Positions 51,553 through 62,333 of a stretch of DNA of 64,000 bases are shown in pieces. Position 1 is the first letter of the stretch. The number at the start of each line of letters is the position of its first letter. This DNA is from Candidatus Promineifilaceae bacterium (GTDB taxonomy: Bacteria > Chloroflexota > Anaerolineae > Promineifilales > Promineifilaceae): positions 2,064,876 through 2,128,875 of the forward strand of contig OZ244996.1 in assembly GCA_965223395.1 (NCBI GenBank), written 5' to 3'. The notes below the pieces were generated by a model, which saw nothing but the letters and a program-made list of their open reading frames with translations, was not told the DNA's origin and searched no databases. Made by a program: the position numbers and the translations under genes.

Positions 51553-53574
51553 TCAGATCGCTACTCGGCGTCGCTTTCGACGGCGTTTAGGCTGCTGTTT
51601 TGGCAGTAAGTCCGCCAAATGAGGGAATGAGTCGTTGGCGTGGGGCAGATGGATCGCCGCCACAAACTCCTCCTGAAAACTGGCGTCTACTGCCGTTTCG
51701 ATATAGCGTGTCCAATGGGCGATTTTCTGAGCCTCCTGTCGTTTTTCCTTGTTGAGCAAGGCGATGCGAGCGCCATCGCCAGCGGCGTTGCCTACTGCCG
51801 TCACCTTGTCTAAAGCGCAATCTGGAATAAGACCGAGGATCATGGCGTATTTGGGATCGATGTAGCTTCCAAACGCCCCTGCCAACAAGATTCTGTCCAC
51901 AGTAGAGATGCCGGCATGGTTCATCAACAATTTTGTTCCAGCATACAATGCCGCTTTTCCCAATTGGATGTTGCGCACGTCATCTTGGGTAATAGCAATC
52001 GGCTCGCCGCTGCTGGTTTCCTCTGCCGTCGCCAACAGATATTGTCCTTTGACGCCTTGCCAGGAGATCCGTTCGTGGCTTATCTCTGGGTCAAAGCGAC
52101 CATCGGCGCGGATGATGCCGGCCAGATATAACTCTGCTACCGCTTCGATGATGCCCGACCCACAAATGCCGGCAGCCAACTGAGCCGGCCGTTCTATCTG
52201 CGGGGCGTCATCTGTCAATTGCCAATCATTCGACCACCGCTCTTCGCCAATCAGCCGGAATCGGGGCTCTTTCGTTATGGGATCTATGCGCACCCGCTCA
52301 ATGGCGCCCAACGCCGCCCGCATCCCAAATTTTATTTGCGCCCCTTCAAATGCAGGACCCGTTGGGCTGGAAGCGCTAAATAGCCGCTCTCTGTTGCCAA
52401 GCACAATTTCGGCGTTGGTGCCAACGTCAACCATGAGGGTGATTTCGTCCTGGCGATATGGCGTTTCGGCTATTAACGCCGCCACATTGTCCGCCCCAAC
52501 ATGTCCGGCTTGCGCCGGCAAAATGTGAACATTTGCCCCGGGGTGCAACCGCAACTTTAACAGCCGCGCTTTGTAATCGACCGCGTCGCGGGTAGCTAAA
52601 GCAAATGGCGCGCCCCCCAACTCCACAGGGTCGATGCCCAACGCGATATGAATCATGGTGGTGTTGCCCACCAAAACCGCTTCGTGGATGTCGCGGGCGC
52701 GAATGCCGGCGCTGCGGGCGATACGGGCAGCCAATTTGTTTAAGGCGTCGATGATCGCTTCATGCATTTTGCTCAACCCATCTGCATTCATCATGGCATA
52801 CGAAATGCGGCTCATCAAATCTTCGCCATACGCCACCTGTGGATTCATGGTCGATTCAGTCGCCAACAATTCGCCCGTTCGCAAATCGCACAGATAGCCT
52901 GCCACCGTAGTGCTGCCGATATCGACCGCCAGCCCGTATGCCCCCTCCTGGTAGCCGGGCGACACGTCAATAACCTGTTGATCATTCCATAGAATGACGG
53001 TCGCCTTTCGCCGCCCCTGACGCAATGCGGACTGTAATTTACGCAATGCCGGCAAATCGATGACTAATCCATCCACGCCCCATTGCTCCTCTATCGCTGC
53101 CGCCAACCGCTTCCAATCCCCCCGATGTTCGCCCAGCGCCGCTTTTTCCACTACAACATAATATTGGCGAATGGCGGGCTGAACCGCAATCGTCCGCTCA
53201 GTGGCGGATTTGCGGATGATTTGCTTTCTTCCCCGGCTCTCTTCTGGGATAAAGATCAAAGCGTCCCCATATAGTCGGGCGTCGCATGCCAACCTGCAAT
53301 CGGAAGCGCCTATGCTGGCTAACAACTCCTGTTCCGTGGTCGTCGCCGGGCTTAAATTGCCGGCATCTGAAGCGATGTTATGCTTTTCAAACCGCCCCTC
53401 TTCCAACCGAATTTTGCATTTGCCGCAGGTTAATTTGCCGCCGCAAATACTCTCGATTTCAATGCCCAATTGGCGAGCGGCATCCAGTATGGTTGTGCCT
53501 GCCAGCATTTCGCCCCGCCTGCCTGCCGGCATAAAAATCGCCTGGTATTTTTCTTGGTCATTGAGTTTGGACAT
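51553..53574 (-). CDS. RACo-family ATP-dependent reductive activator of corrinoid proteins ([2Fe-2S] ferredoxin + ASKHA/DUF4445)
   Basis: N-terminal plant-type ferredoxin Cys pattern CGGKLTCGKCK; C-terminal ASKHA ATPase-like 500 aa; 673 aa. Confidence 0.7.
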   Translation of the reverse strand: MSKLNDQEKYQAIFMPAGRRGEMLAGTTILDAARQLGIEIESICGGKLTCGKCKIRLEEGRFEKHNIASDAGNLSPATTTEQELLASIGASDCRLACDARLYGDALIFIPEESRGRKQIIRKSATERTIAVQPAIRQYYVVVEKAALGEHRGDWKRLAAAIEEQWGVDGLVIDLPALRKLQSALRQGRRKATVILWNDQQVIDVSPGYQEGAYGLAVDIGSTTVAGYLCDLRTGELLATESTMNPQVAYGEDLMSRISYAMMNADGLSKMHEAIIDALNKLAARIARSAGIRARDIHEAVLVGNTTMIHIALGIDPVELGGAPFALATRDAVDYKARLLKLRLHPGANVHILPAQAGHVGADNVAALIAETPYRQDEITLMVDVGTNAEIVLGNRERLFSASSPTGPAFEGAQIKFGMRAALGAIERVRIDPITKEPRFRLIGEERWSNDWQLTDDAPQIERPAQLAAGICGSGIIEAVAELYLAGIIRADGRFDPEISHERISWQGVKGQYLLATAEETSSGEPIAITQDDVRNIQLGKAALYAGTKLLMNHAGISTVDRILLAGAFGSYIDPKYAMILGLIPDCALDKVTAVGNAAGDGARIALLNKEKRQEAQKIAHWTRYIETAVDASFQEEFVAAIHLPHANDSFPHLADLLPKQQPKRRRKRRRVAI

Positions 53575-53764
53575 AAAATATCAGTTTGTCGTGATCCGTC
53601 TTGACCCAATTGAGTGAATACGCTTTATCTTCGCTCTGCCACCCCTCCGTTTGTCGCGCCATTCAATTGCGTCATCTTTCCTTTTTGCGATAATTGGAGA
53701 AGTATAACGACAACTACATGGCAAAGCCAAAAATCTTACTATCCCCTAGGAGGAAATTCCCCAA

Positions 53765-55534
53765 ATGAAACGATTAACGCCCGTTCCGTCAGATTTGGAT
53801 ATCGCTCAGGCTGCCACCCCCAAACCCATTTTCGAAATTGCCGGCATGTTGGGTTTAGCCCAAGAGGATCTCATCCTGTATGGACAAGACAAAGCCAAAG
53901 TCCATCTCGACGCTCTGAAGAGGCTAGAAGGGCGACCCAGGGGAAAATATATCGATGTCACCGCCATCACCCCCACGCCGCTGGGCGAAGGCAAAACCAC
54001 TACCACCATCGGCTTAACCCAGGGTTTAGGCATTTTGGGTCACAAAGCTATCGCCTGCATCCGCCAACCCAGCATGGGTCCCACCTTTGGCATCAAAGGC
54101 GGGGCGGCGGGCGGCGGCTACAGCCAGGTTATTCCCATGGAAGAGTTCAACCTGCATTTGACAGGCGACATTCACGCCATCACCGCCTCCCACAATTTGG
54201 TCGCCGCCGCCATCGACGCCCGCTACTTCCACGAAATTCGCTCTTCCGACGAACGTTTGGCGAGAATCGGCTTGGAGCGGCTCAACATCGACCCCTACAG
54301 CCTCACCTGGAATCGGGTGATGGATGTCAACGACCGCGCTTTGCGTAGCGTCATTGTCGGCTTAGGACCTGAATTAGACGGCAGACCGCGCCAGACGGGC
54401 TTCGACATCACCGTTGCCAGCGAAATTATGGCGATTTTAGCTCTGGTAGACGGCACAGATTACGCCTCTACCCTCAAAGATTTACGCACAAGATTAGGGA
54501 AAGTGGTCGTTGGTTCAAATAAAAGCAAAGAGCCAATCACCCTGGAAGATTTACAGGTAGCGGGCGCGGTGGCGGTGCTAATGAAAGACGCCATCCACCC
54601 CACCCTGATGCAAACGCTGGAAGGGCAAGCCGCATTTGTCCACGCTGGACCCTTCGCCAATATCGCCCACGGCAACTCCTCTATCGTCGCTGACCGATTG
54701 GCGTTGCAACTCGGCGACTACGTTATCACCGAATCTGGTTTCGGCGCGGATATCGGCATGGAAAAATTCTTCAACATCAAATGCCGCTATTCCGGGTTAG
54801 CTCCCGACTGTGTGGTGTTGGTGGCTACCATTCGCGCCCTCAAAATGCACGGTGGCGGTCCCCGCGTCGTGCCGGGTCGTCCCCTTGATTCCGCCTACAC
54901 CGAGGAAAATTTAGGGCTTTTGGAAGCGGGATTAGACAATATGCGGGCGCATATCCGCAACGCCAAACGGTACGGCATTCCGGTTGTCGTCGCCGTAAAC
55001 AAATTCCATACCGACACCGACGCGGAAGTGGAGTTGGTTCGCAAAGCGGCGATGGAAACTGGCGCGGAAATCGCTGCCATGAGCGACCATTGGACAAATG
55101 GCGGGGATGGAGCGACCGAGTTGGCGGAAGCGGTGGTTGCAGCTTGCGAAAAGCCGTCTAACTTCGAATTTTTATATCCGCTGGATATGCCAATTAAAAC
55201 GAAAATCGAGACGATTGCCAAAGAGATGTACAGTGCTGGAGAGGTGGTTTTTGAGACTTTGGCAGAAAAACAGATCGCCAGTTATGAAGCAAATGGCTTT
55301 GGCGATTTGCCGATTTGTATGGCAAAAACCCATCTGAGCATCAGCCACGACCCCAAATTGAAGAACGCCCCCTCGGGCTTTACCGTGCCAATTCGAGAAG
55401 CGCGGGCGTCGGTCGGGGCTGGATTCATTTACCCATTGCTGGGCACGATGCGAACGATGCCGGGTTTAGGTTCTAAACCAGCATACATGAATGTGGATAT
55501 CGATGAAAATGGCAGGGTAGTTGGGCTGTTTTAA
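53765..55534 (+). CDS. fhs: Formate--tetrahydrofolate ligase
   Basis: [16 protein letters not shown]-loop and full-length FTHFS similarity; AGGAGG RBS. Confidence 0.9.
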   Translation: MKRLTPVPSDLDIAQAATPKPIFEIAGMLGLAQEDLILYGQDKAKVHLDALKRLEGRPRGKYIDVTAITPTPLGEGKTTTTIGLTQGLGILGHKAIACIRQPSMGPTFGIKGGAAGGGYSQVIPMEEFNLHLTGDIHAITASHNLVAAAIDARYFHEIRSSDERLARIGLERLNIDPYSLTWNRVMDVNDRALRSVIVGLGPELDGRPRQTGFDITVASEIMAILALVDGTDYASTLKDLRTRLGKVVVGSNKSKEPITLEDLQVAGAVAVLMKDAIHPTLMQTLEGQAAFVHAGPFANIAHGNSSIVADRLALQLGDYVITESGFGADIGMEKFFNIKCRYSGLAPDCVVLVATIRALKMHGGGPRVVPGRPLDSAYTEENLGLLEAGLDNMRAHIRNAKRYGIPVVVAVNKFHTDTDAEVELVRKAAMETGAEIAAMSDHWTNGGDGATELAEAVVAACEKPSNFEFLYPLDMPIKTKIETIAKEMYSAGEVVFETLAEKQIASYEANGFGDLPICMAKTHLSISHDPKLKNAPSGFTVPIREARASVGAGFIYPLLGTMRTMPGLGSKPAYMNVDIDENGRVVGLF

Positions 55535-55595
55535 TCGTAACTCCCTGAGAAATTGAGAAACCGAGTTTCGTGGGCAAACTCGGTTTCTTTTCTTT

Positions 55596-56840
55596 TTAGA
55601 AGCCGTATTTTTCGGCAAACGCCATCAACGCTTCTTCAAAAACGTTCATTGGGGGTCGAACCAGACCAGCCCCCACCTGCCCAATGCCGGCATCCTTGTG
55701 GGCAATCCCTGTGTTAATGCGCGGCGTTATCCCCAACTCCACCACCTTACGGATATCCACCCCCGTCGGCGTACCGCGAAAATCGAGAGCCGGAATGGTG
55801 AAATGGCTATGTTCAGCGGTGGTGATTTCATACATCTCCAACGTGGCGTTAATTGCATCCTGAGGCGTGCCGCTGATAAAGGTGACAATTGCCGGGGCGC
55901 CCGCCATAGCAAACGCGCCAATGCCGGCAGTTTCCGTAATCGTGCTGTCTCCAATATCCCCACTGGCATCCTCCGCCGTAAAGCCAGAAAAATACAACCC
56001 CTGCGGCTGACCTACCGGACCCGTAAACCAATGGTCGCTCAAGCCGCTCACCCGAATCCCCAACTCCGTCCCGTTTCGAGCCATCACCGTCATGATTGTG
56101 CTGCCCGCCACCCCATGCCCGGCATCCGCCATCGCTTTACACGCCGCCATCACTGGGTTCAACACGCTAAGCGCATTATCCCCCAAAAATTTGAGGATGG
56201 TGGAAGCCACATACCGATTGGTTGTCGCTTTGGGAATGAGCGGAGCCAGCCTAGTCGTGTAAATAATCGAACTCGCTTTGTTGCGATTATGCCCTTCATC
56301 TCCCATGTGCAACGCCTCCGCCAGCAATGCCCGGATGTCGATACCGCCCATCATACCCAACGCCTCCGCCAAAACGGGCGCCATCACATCATTCATCCAT
56401 CGTAATTTGCGGATCACTTCCTCGCTGTAAGCCCCGTAACGCAACACCTTGCCATACCCCTCGTTGAGATTGGAGTACCCTTTATTGCCATGCGTTTCAT
56501 TTTCAACGATGTACAACTGCATAGACGGGGTGGTCACGCCTGCCATGGGACCGACGGCGGAATAATGATGGCACGGAGCGAAATTCACTTCACCCGCCTC
56601 CGCCATGCCAACCGCTTCCGTCTCATTTTTTGCCAACCCTTCAAAAATCAAGCCGCCAATCACCGCCCCCCGCATCGGTCCCGACATCCGTTCCCACTCA
56701 ATGGGGGGACCAGCATGGAGAATGAGATTGTCTGGCATATCGGGGATCAGGTCGCGGGCGGGGGCAATGCCAGTCAAAATTGGACGAGCCGACATCATCC
56801 GCTCTACTGCAGTTTGGTTGGCTTGGTCAATGTTTATCAT
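55596..56840 (-). CDS. DUF1116 family protein (YlbE/AllH-like)
   Basis: 414 aa; N-terminus IDQANQTAVERMMSARPILTG...ILHAGPP resembles YlbE; co-operonic with FdrA. Confidence 0.5.
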   Translation of the reverse strand: MINIDQANQTAVERMMSARPILTGIAPARDLIPDMPDNLILHAGPPIEWERMSGPMRGAVIGGLIFEGLAKNETEAVGMAEAGEVNFAPCHHYSAVGPMAGVTTPSMQLYIVENETHGNKGYSNLNEGYGKVLRYGAYSEEVIRKLRWMNDVMAPVLAEALGMMGGIDIRALLAEALHMGDEGHNRNKASSIIYTTRLAPLIPKATTNRYVASTILKFLGDNALSVLNPVMAACKAMADAGHGVAGSTIMTVMARNGTELGIRVSGLSDHWFTGPVGQPQGLYFSGFTAEDASGDIGDSTITETAGIGAFAMAGAPAIVTFISGTPQDAINATLEMYEITTAEHSHFTIPALDFRGTPTGVDIRKVVELGITPRINTGIAHKDAGIGQVGAGLVRPPMNVFEEALMAFAEKYGF

Positions 56841-56955
56841 TATTCCTCCGTTCTGTTGATAGAGATTTGCAGGATTATAGCTGGTTGTCGGTTAGGGTTT
56901 ACTTTTTGGACGATGGGCGACAAATCATAGATGATAGTTTTTCATTGTACGTGGT

Positions 56956-57777
56956 CTATTGTCCCCAAACCTGCTGAAACAAATCTGGCTGGTAGCTTGC
57001 CCAGATGGTCAGCCAGGGCGGGGCAATGCTTTTGAAATGTTCCCAACTACCCGGTTCCGGTTCGCTTTCTTGGGGCAACTCTTCCCACATGCCCAGAATC
57101 ACCATTTGGTTGCCGGCAATGCCGGCAATCAACCGATTCATCGTATGCCGAAACTCTACCGGACCTTCCACCTCTTTTTTCGTCCCATCCTCACCCTCAA
57201 ACGTCCAATTCAGCTCGTCAAACTCAACTGCACCCGCACGGTAAGGGCTTTTTAGCAGATACCCTTCCCCTGTCCATCCCGTCTCATCCATCCCCATCAC
57301 AAAGGGGTTGTGGCATTGCATCCGGTAGATGCCCCCCGGTTGGAGAACCCGGCGCACATCGGCAAAAACAGGGTCCGGGTCAGGCACAAAGTTGATGGAA
57401 AAGGCGTGGAAAACAAGGTCAAAACTATCATCGGGGAAGCGAGACAAATCCCGCATATCCCCCTGCTCTAATCGAGCAGACAAGCCGTAATGTTGCAATG
57501 CGTCAGCATCCCGTTCTAGTTGGGTAGCAGAAAAGTCTAACACCGTCACATTTGCCTCTAGCAAACCAAAAGCGACTGATTGTTGCCCGCCACCGCCTGC
57601 TAGACAGAGGACGTTTTTGCCGGCAATATCCCATCCCAATTTTCGCAACACCTTTTGTTCATCCACTACTTTCCATGCCGATTCAGGCGTTAAGTCCAAA
57701 AAAGGGCGGGAGTAAGCGACATTTGCTTTTGCCAATGCTTCCCATCTGGCTTGATTGTGCCGAGTTAGTTTATCCAT
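56956..57777 (-). CDS. Class I SAM-dependent methyltransferase
   Basis: VLCLAGGGGQQS motif I, VLDFS motif II; ORF track extends to 57903 through repeat element, start chosen at MDKLTRH (uncertain). Confidence 0.6.
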   Translation of the reverse strand: MDKLTRHNQARWEALAKANVAYSRPFLDLTPESAWKVVDEQKVLRKLGWDIAGKNVLCLAGGGGQQSVAFGLLEANVTVLDFSATQLERDADALQHYGLSARLEQGDMRDLSRFPDDSFDLVFHAFSINFVPDPDPVFADVRRVLQPGGIYRMQCHNPFVMGMDETGWTGEGYLLKSPYRAGAVEFDELNWTFEGEDGTKKEVEGPVEFRHTMNRLIAGIAGNQMVILGMWEELPQESEPEPGSWEHFKSIAPPWLTIWASYQPDLFQQVWGQ

Positions 57778-57937
57778 ATGATTTTCAACTGCCCACAAAC
57801 GATACAGTGAGCCTGTCGTCCATCGTTTGCTGTCACTCATATTGTTGCTGAAGTTTGTTGCTTTGTGTTTGGACGACAGATGGTATTGTTTCTTGTCGTC
57901 CATAGTCCATCGTCTACGGTCTATCGTCTATCATCCA

Positions 57938-58519
57938 TCACTGCGGGTTCTTGCCCACAATGCCGGCAAAATACGCCTTCATTTGCCTCATATCCTCTGC
58001 CATATCCTCTGTGGGGTGAAAAGGCGGGGCGATCTTAATCGTTTTGCCCGGAAAATCTAAACCAATCATCACCACCGGCACGCCAGCCCCTTTGGCGATG
58101 TGGTAAAAACCACTCTTCCATTCCCGCACCTTTGCCCGCGTGCCTTCTGGCGTAATGCCCAAAATCAACGAATCATTATTTTGGAACTGCTCAATCATCT
58201 GGTCAACCACCCCATGCGCGGCAGAACGGTTGATGGGAATGCCGCCAAACCACAACATCAGCCGCCGCCATGGACCCTGAAACAGGGTATGTTTGCCCAT
58301 CCATCGTAAATTGACCCGTAAGGCGAATATAGTGGTCATCGCCAACGGAAAGTCCCAATTGGAGGTATGGGGAGCGCCTATCGCCACAAATTTGGTTAGC
58401 TCGGGCAATTCGCCGCTTACTTGCCAGCCAAATAGCCGCAAAATTTGCTGGCTGATTTTTTGCCCTAACGCCGAACCGCGTCGGGGAATCGCCGGAGGAA
58501 TTTCTGAAAACTGCGTCAT
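57938..58519 (-). CDS. PlsC-family 1-acyl-sn-glycerol-3-phosphate acyltransferase-like protein
   Basis: HTSNWDF (HX4D) and PEGTR motifs. Confidence 0.8.
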   Translation of the reverse strand: MTQFSEIPPAIPRRGSALGQKISQQILRLFGWQVSGELPELTKFVAIGAPHTSNWDFPLAMTTIFALRVNLRWMGKHTLFQGPWRRLMLWFGGIPINRSAAHGVVDQMIEQFQNNDSLILGITPEGTRAKVREWKSGFYHIAKGAGVPVVMIGLDFPGKTIKIAPPFHPTEDMAEDMRQMKAYFAGIVGKNPQ

Positions 58520-58526
58520 AAACCAC

Positions 58527-59456
58527 TCACTTTACACTTTCATTCGAAGCGCGCTGTTGGATAAATGTCGTTATCGCCTCAATTACTTCATTCCAAACGG
58601 GTTGGGGCAAGGCGTGCCCCACTCCCTCTAAAATCAACAGTTCGGCATTGGATATCGCCGCTGCCGTATCTTTGCCGGCATCTACCGGGATAAGCGGGTC
58701 GGCGTCGCCATGAATCACTAATGTGGGGGTATCGATTGCCCGCAACGCTTCATGCCGGCTGCCGCTGCCCAGCCCCGCCGCCAACTGACGAGATGATCCG
58801 GCTGGCGTAATTCCTTGCCGCCACATCGCCCGGGCGATGGCAATGGTAACCTCTTCTTCGACCGGATAATAGGGACCATTCAATATTTTCGCTGCCTGTA
58901 ACTGCCGCGTTTGATATTCTTCCCAACTAGCGGCGGGCGGTTTCGCCAACAAAGCCAACGCATCCTGGGTTGGCATCGCCAATCCAGGACGCATGGTGGT
59001 AGACATGATGGAGATCAAGCTTTTGACGCGGTTAGGGTGGTTGATCGCCGCTGTTTGGGCGATCATGCCGCCTAATGAGACGCCTAATAGATGCGCTTTT
59101 TCGATGCCCAAAGCGTCCAGCAGCCCGATGGCGTCATCCGCCATATCCGCCAATGTATAAGGCGGTTCAGGCACGCTCCCGCCCATCATCGCTGGCATAA
59201 ACGGCTGAATATCGACCATGCCGGCATCATCAATTTGAGTCGAAAGTCCCACATCTCGGTTATCAAAACGAATTAGATAGAACCCGCTGTCGGCAAGCTG
59301 CCGACAATACCTAACATCCCATCCAATTAGCGGCATACTCAACCCGGCAATCAACAGCAATGCCGGATTCGCCGGGTCGCCAATCGTATCATAGTTGATT
59401 TCGATGCCGTTGACGGGAAGCAATTTTTGCGGAGGGGTTAGTGAGCCGCTATCCAT
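58527..59456 (-). CDS. Alpha/beta hydrolase
   Basis: GVSLGG nucleophile elbow; 309 aa. Confidence 0.75.
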   Translation of the reverse strand: MDSGSLTPPQKLLPVNGIEINYDTIGDPANPALLLIAGLSMPLIGWDVRYCRQLADSGFYLIRFDNRDVGLSTQIDDAGMVDIQPFMPAMMGGSVPEPPYTLADMADDAIGLLDALGIEKAHLLGVSLGGMIAQTAAINHPNRVKSLISIMSTTMRPGLAMPTQDALALLAKPPAASWEEYQTRQLQAAKILNGPYYPVEEEVTIAIARAMWRQGITPAGSSRQLAAGLGSGSRHEALRAIDTPTLVIHGDADPLIPVDAGKDTAAAISNAELLILEGVGHALPQPVWNEVIEAITTFIQQRASNESVK

Positions 59457-61146
59457 CTTTAGTCGCTTTCTGGCGCATCTTTGCTAACAATGCCGCCATT
59501 TTGTCGTTGCCGCCAGCTGGAGGGCGCCAATCGACATGGACGGCTGAGCTGCCTTGCTCGATCACGCTATCATAAAATGATTCCAACCCCACATTGATGC
59601 CGGCAAATGGGCGTTGAAACGACTCCAAATCGACCGGTTTTCCCAGTTGAGGCGGCGCATTTTGGAATCGTCGGTTGATCGTCTCTGCTAAATCAACAGC
59701 AGACGCGTAAATAGTTGCCCCAGCTTTTTCCAGGGCGTCGATCTGTTGATCTAAACCCTGCGGGTCATCCTCCGTTCCGACAACTAAGACAAACACAGGC
59801 AATTTGCGTCGAGCCCGAATGCCGGCAATCGCTGGCGCCAGTTCGCTGGCTGGGTCGGGATGCGCCCCCTCGCCCAGAACCAGATCAAGCAATAGCGCCC
59901 CCGTCTCCGGATCGTCCGCCTCTTGCTCCATGCGGCGCAAACGCAAATCATTGTCCATCATGGGATGCAGCCGTCCCTGCGTAAAATCGTCCGCCCCCAT
60001 ATCGACCAGGGCGTTCCCCCGACTCTGGAAGGGGTCAGCCATCTTTTGCGAAGGATGAACGGGTGTATTGGTAAATAACGGATTGAGCCTCCCTTGCAAC
60101 GCTAAAACCATCTCATACGCTAGCGTGCCGCCGGAAAATAATCCGCGCACATAACCGTTTATTGGTTCCTCAGATGATGCCGCAAGGGTTGCGCTACTGT
60201 GCCCCAATTTCATTGCTAATCCAGCCGCGTCAGCTAAATTTAAGGCAAAATGGAGGTTGCCCTGCCGCCGCGCAGGGGGAGCGTATCCCATAAAGTAAAT
60301 TACAACGGGTTTACTGGCTTGGCTGGCTAAAGTCAGCAAGCGGCTGGTAACGCTTGGAGATGGCGGTTTTGAAGCCAGCACAATCACTTCTGTTTGGGGG
60401 TCGCGGTTGAGCAACTCTACTCCTTGGGCTGCGGTAACGCCGCCCACCGCTTCAGATAGGTCGCGTCCGCCTGCCCCAATCGCCTGAGAAACTCCGCCGC
60501 CTAATTTGTGGATATGGACGGCAATCGCTTGCAAGCCAGTGCCAGATGCAGCGACGATGCCGGCATTTCCCCGCCGAACGCGATTGGCAAAGCCGATACC
60601 CACCCCATTGATGATGGCTGTGCCGCAATCGGGACCCATCACCAGCAACCCATGTTCTCTTGCCTCCTTTTTGAGCTTAACCTCGTCATCAATCGTCACG
60701 TTGTCGCTGTACAAAAAGATATGTTTGCCCAGCCGCAACCCTTCTTTGGCGACGCCCGCCGCATACCGCCCTGGTACAGAGACGAGCGTCCAAGCCGCCC
60801 CCGGCAACATTTTCGCCCCATTTTCCAAGCTGCGTGGGCGATAATCTGAGCCAGCCCCCCCGCTACGGCGAGCTTGCAGCAAAGCGTCTACTTGCGCCAA
60901 CGCTTCTTCGCCCGCTTGTTTGTTATCCGCTTTAACTACGATGAGCAAATCATCGGGGAATGTTTGGGGCAAGGCTGCCGGCAAAATCTCGCCCGCCTCC
61001 AATAGCTCTAAATTTGCCGGCGTCGCCATCACACACCCTGCATCCAATACGCCGGGCAATTCGGTCAATGCCCGTTGTAGCTGCATCAAAACGACAGAAT
61101 CAAAATAAGCTCCGCGCCGAATCTCAAACGTAGTCTCACCCATCAT
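59449..61146 (-). CDS. FdrA family protein (succinyl-CoA-synthetase-like, CoA-binding + ligase domains)
   Basis: N-terminus IRRGAYFDSVVLMQL...VMATPAN matches FdrA/AllF; 565 aa. Confidence 0.65.
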   Translation of the reverse strand: MMGETTFEIRRGAYFDSVVLMQLQRALTELPGVLDAGCVMATPANLELLEAGEILPAALPQTFPDDLLIVVKADNKQAGEEALAQVDALLQARRSGGAGSDYRPRSLENGAKMLPGAAWTLVSVPGRYAAGVAKEGLRLGKHIFLYSDNVTIDDEVKLKKEAREHGLLVMGPDCGTAIINGVGIGFANRVRRGNAGIVAASGTGLQAIAVHIHKLGGGVSQAIGAGGRDLSEAVGGVTAAQGVELLNRDPQTEVIVLASKPPSPSVTSRLLTLASQASKPVVIYFMGYAPPARRQGNLHFALNLADAAGLAMKLGHSSATLAASSEEPINGYVRGLFSGGTLAYEMVLALQGRLNPLFTNTPVHPSQKMADPFQSRGNALVDMGADDFTQGRLHPMMDNDLRLRRMEQEADDPETGALLLDLVLGEGAHPDPASELAPAIAGIRARRKLPVFVLVVGTEDDPQGLDQQIDALEKAGATIYASAVDLAETINRRFQNAPPQLGKPVDLESFQRPFAGINVGLESFYDSVIEQGSSAVHVDWRPPAGGNDKMAALLAKMRQKATKDG

Positions 61147-62294
61147 TTGCCTCCGCTTTCTGTTGAAATGAGACGGTTTTCAGTTTCGCGCATATGTTTT
61201 TTGAGGTAAACGGTAAAAGGGGTCCCGCCGGTGCCTACAACCTCATGCTGTTTAGCCGGTTTCAATATGTACAAGGCGGCATATTCGATGTGCAGTTGTC
61301 GGAATAGACGCAACTGTTCAACGGCAAAGTTGTACGCTTGCAGCAATGTGGCGTTGCCGGCATGTTTCACATATTCTCGCGCCGAACTTTTCGACTCTAA
61401 ATGGACGATAAAGTCCCGGTCGGCTGCCGGCATATAATCCCGCATCTCCAGCAAATAAGCCCTCATCCGATCATGTTCATGTTGGATATCTAATGCGGCG
61501 TCGAATGCGTAAATAATGCTGCTTTGCGCCCCCGTCTCTCCCCGAAATTGCTGAGGTTTGCCGGCATATTCCGCCACCCCTTTGTAAATTAACCCATTTG
61601 GCAACGCTGGGTTATCTTTCCAGCCAAACATAAAGGGGCGAATGCGATGGTAATAGATGTATGGGTCGCATCGTTCTGGCATTCGCGCCAATAGCTGCCG
61701 CATGCCGGCCAATGTCTCGCCGATACGTACCAGGCATTTTTCTAAAGTTTGATCATCCTGTTGGGCTACCGCTGTAAATGCCGGCAACAACGCCGCCAAC
61801 CCTTTTCCCGCCGCCGCTTCTATCTGAACATGAATGCCGACAAACCACTCTTCATCCTGCCCGCCTAAAAAATTTTGAACCAACGTGATATTTTCAACCG
61901 TAATCTCCCCATCCGAATTGATGCGCCGCCAATTGTGCAGCGTTTGCGAAGCGTAGGCTAAAATCGGCGGGCGTTTGAGATAAGAAGCGACCTGATATAA
62001 GCCTATCGCCAAATGGCGCGGCAATCGGTCTGGAACAGGCAACCCAGGAGCGTAAAGGTAAAGGCTTGCCATATAAGCCAACATCGTCATTGCCCGCTCA
62101 TATTCGCGGTCATCCATTAAATCCTTAACAGGAAATGGGGGCAGATTTTCAACGATGGGTCGTATTTGTGGTGTAAGAACCAATTTGGAGAGTTGCGCCG
62201 CCATCTCTTCCCAGGGGGCAAAGGAAGTTGCCGGCAATCGGGTTAGGGGGTCTGGAGTAGGCAAAAAGCCGTGCGACCAATCACGGGGTTCCAT
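61143..62294 (-). CDS. Indoleamine 2,3-dioxygenase (IDO) family haem dioxygenase
   Basis: Alignable by eye to human IDO1 core: FGWKDNPALPNGLIYKGV / SGWKGNPQLSDGLVYEGF; GETGAQSSIIYAFDAALDI / GGSAGQSSVFQCFDVLLGI; MRDYMPAADRDFIVHLES / MRRYMPPAHRNFLCSLES; proximal His in LFRQLHIEY. Confidence 0.8.
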   Translation of the reverse strand: MEPRDWSHGFLPTPDPLTRLPATSFAPWEEMAAQLSKLVLTPQIRPIVENLPPFPVKDLMDDREYERAMTMLAYMASLYLYAPGLPVPDRLPRHLAIGLYQVASYLKRPPILAYASQTLHNWRRINSDGEITVENITLVQNFLGGQDEEWFVGIHVQIEAAAGKGLAALLPAFTAVAQQDDQTLEKCLVRIGETLAGMRQLLARMPERCDPYIYYHRIRPFMFGWKDNPALPNGLIYKGVAEYAGKPQQFRGETGAQSSIIYAFDAALDIQHEHDRMRAYLLEMRDYMPAADRDFIVHLESKSSAREYVKHAGNATLLQAYNFAVEQLRLFRQLHIEYAALYILKPAKQHEVVGTGGTPFTVYLKKHMRETENRLISTESGGK

Positions 62295-62333
62295 ATCAAG
62301 CGCTATTGTACCGCAAATAAATAAGTGCGCGGA

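Noticed and set aside
57778-57903. N-terminal 42 codons of the methyltransferase ORF
   Set aside because: Runs through the ggacgac/ccatcgtc repeat element; methyltransferase homology begins at MDKLTRH. Kept as alternative start only.
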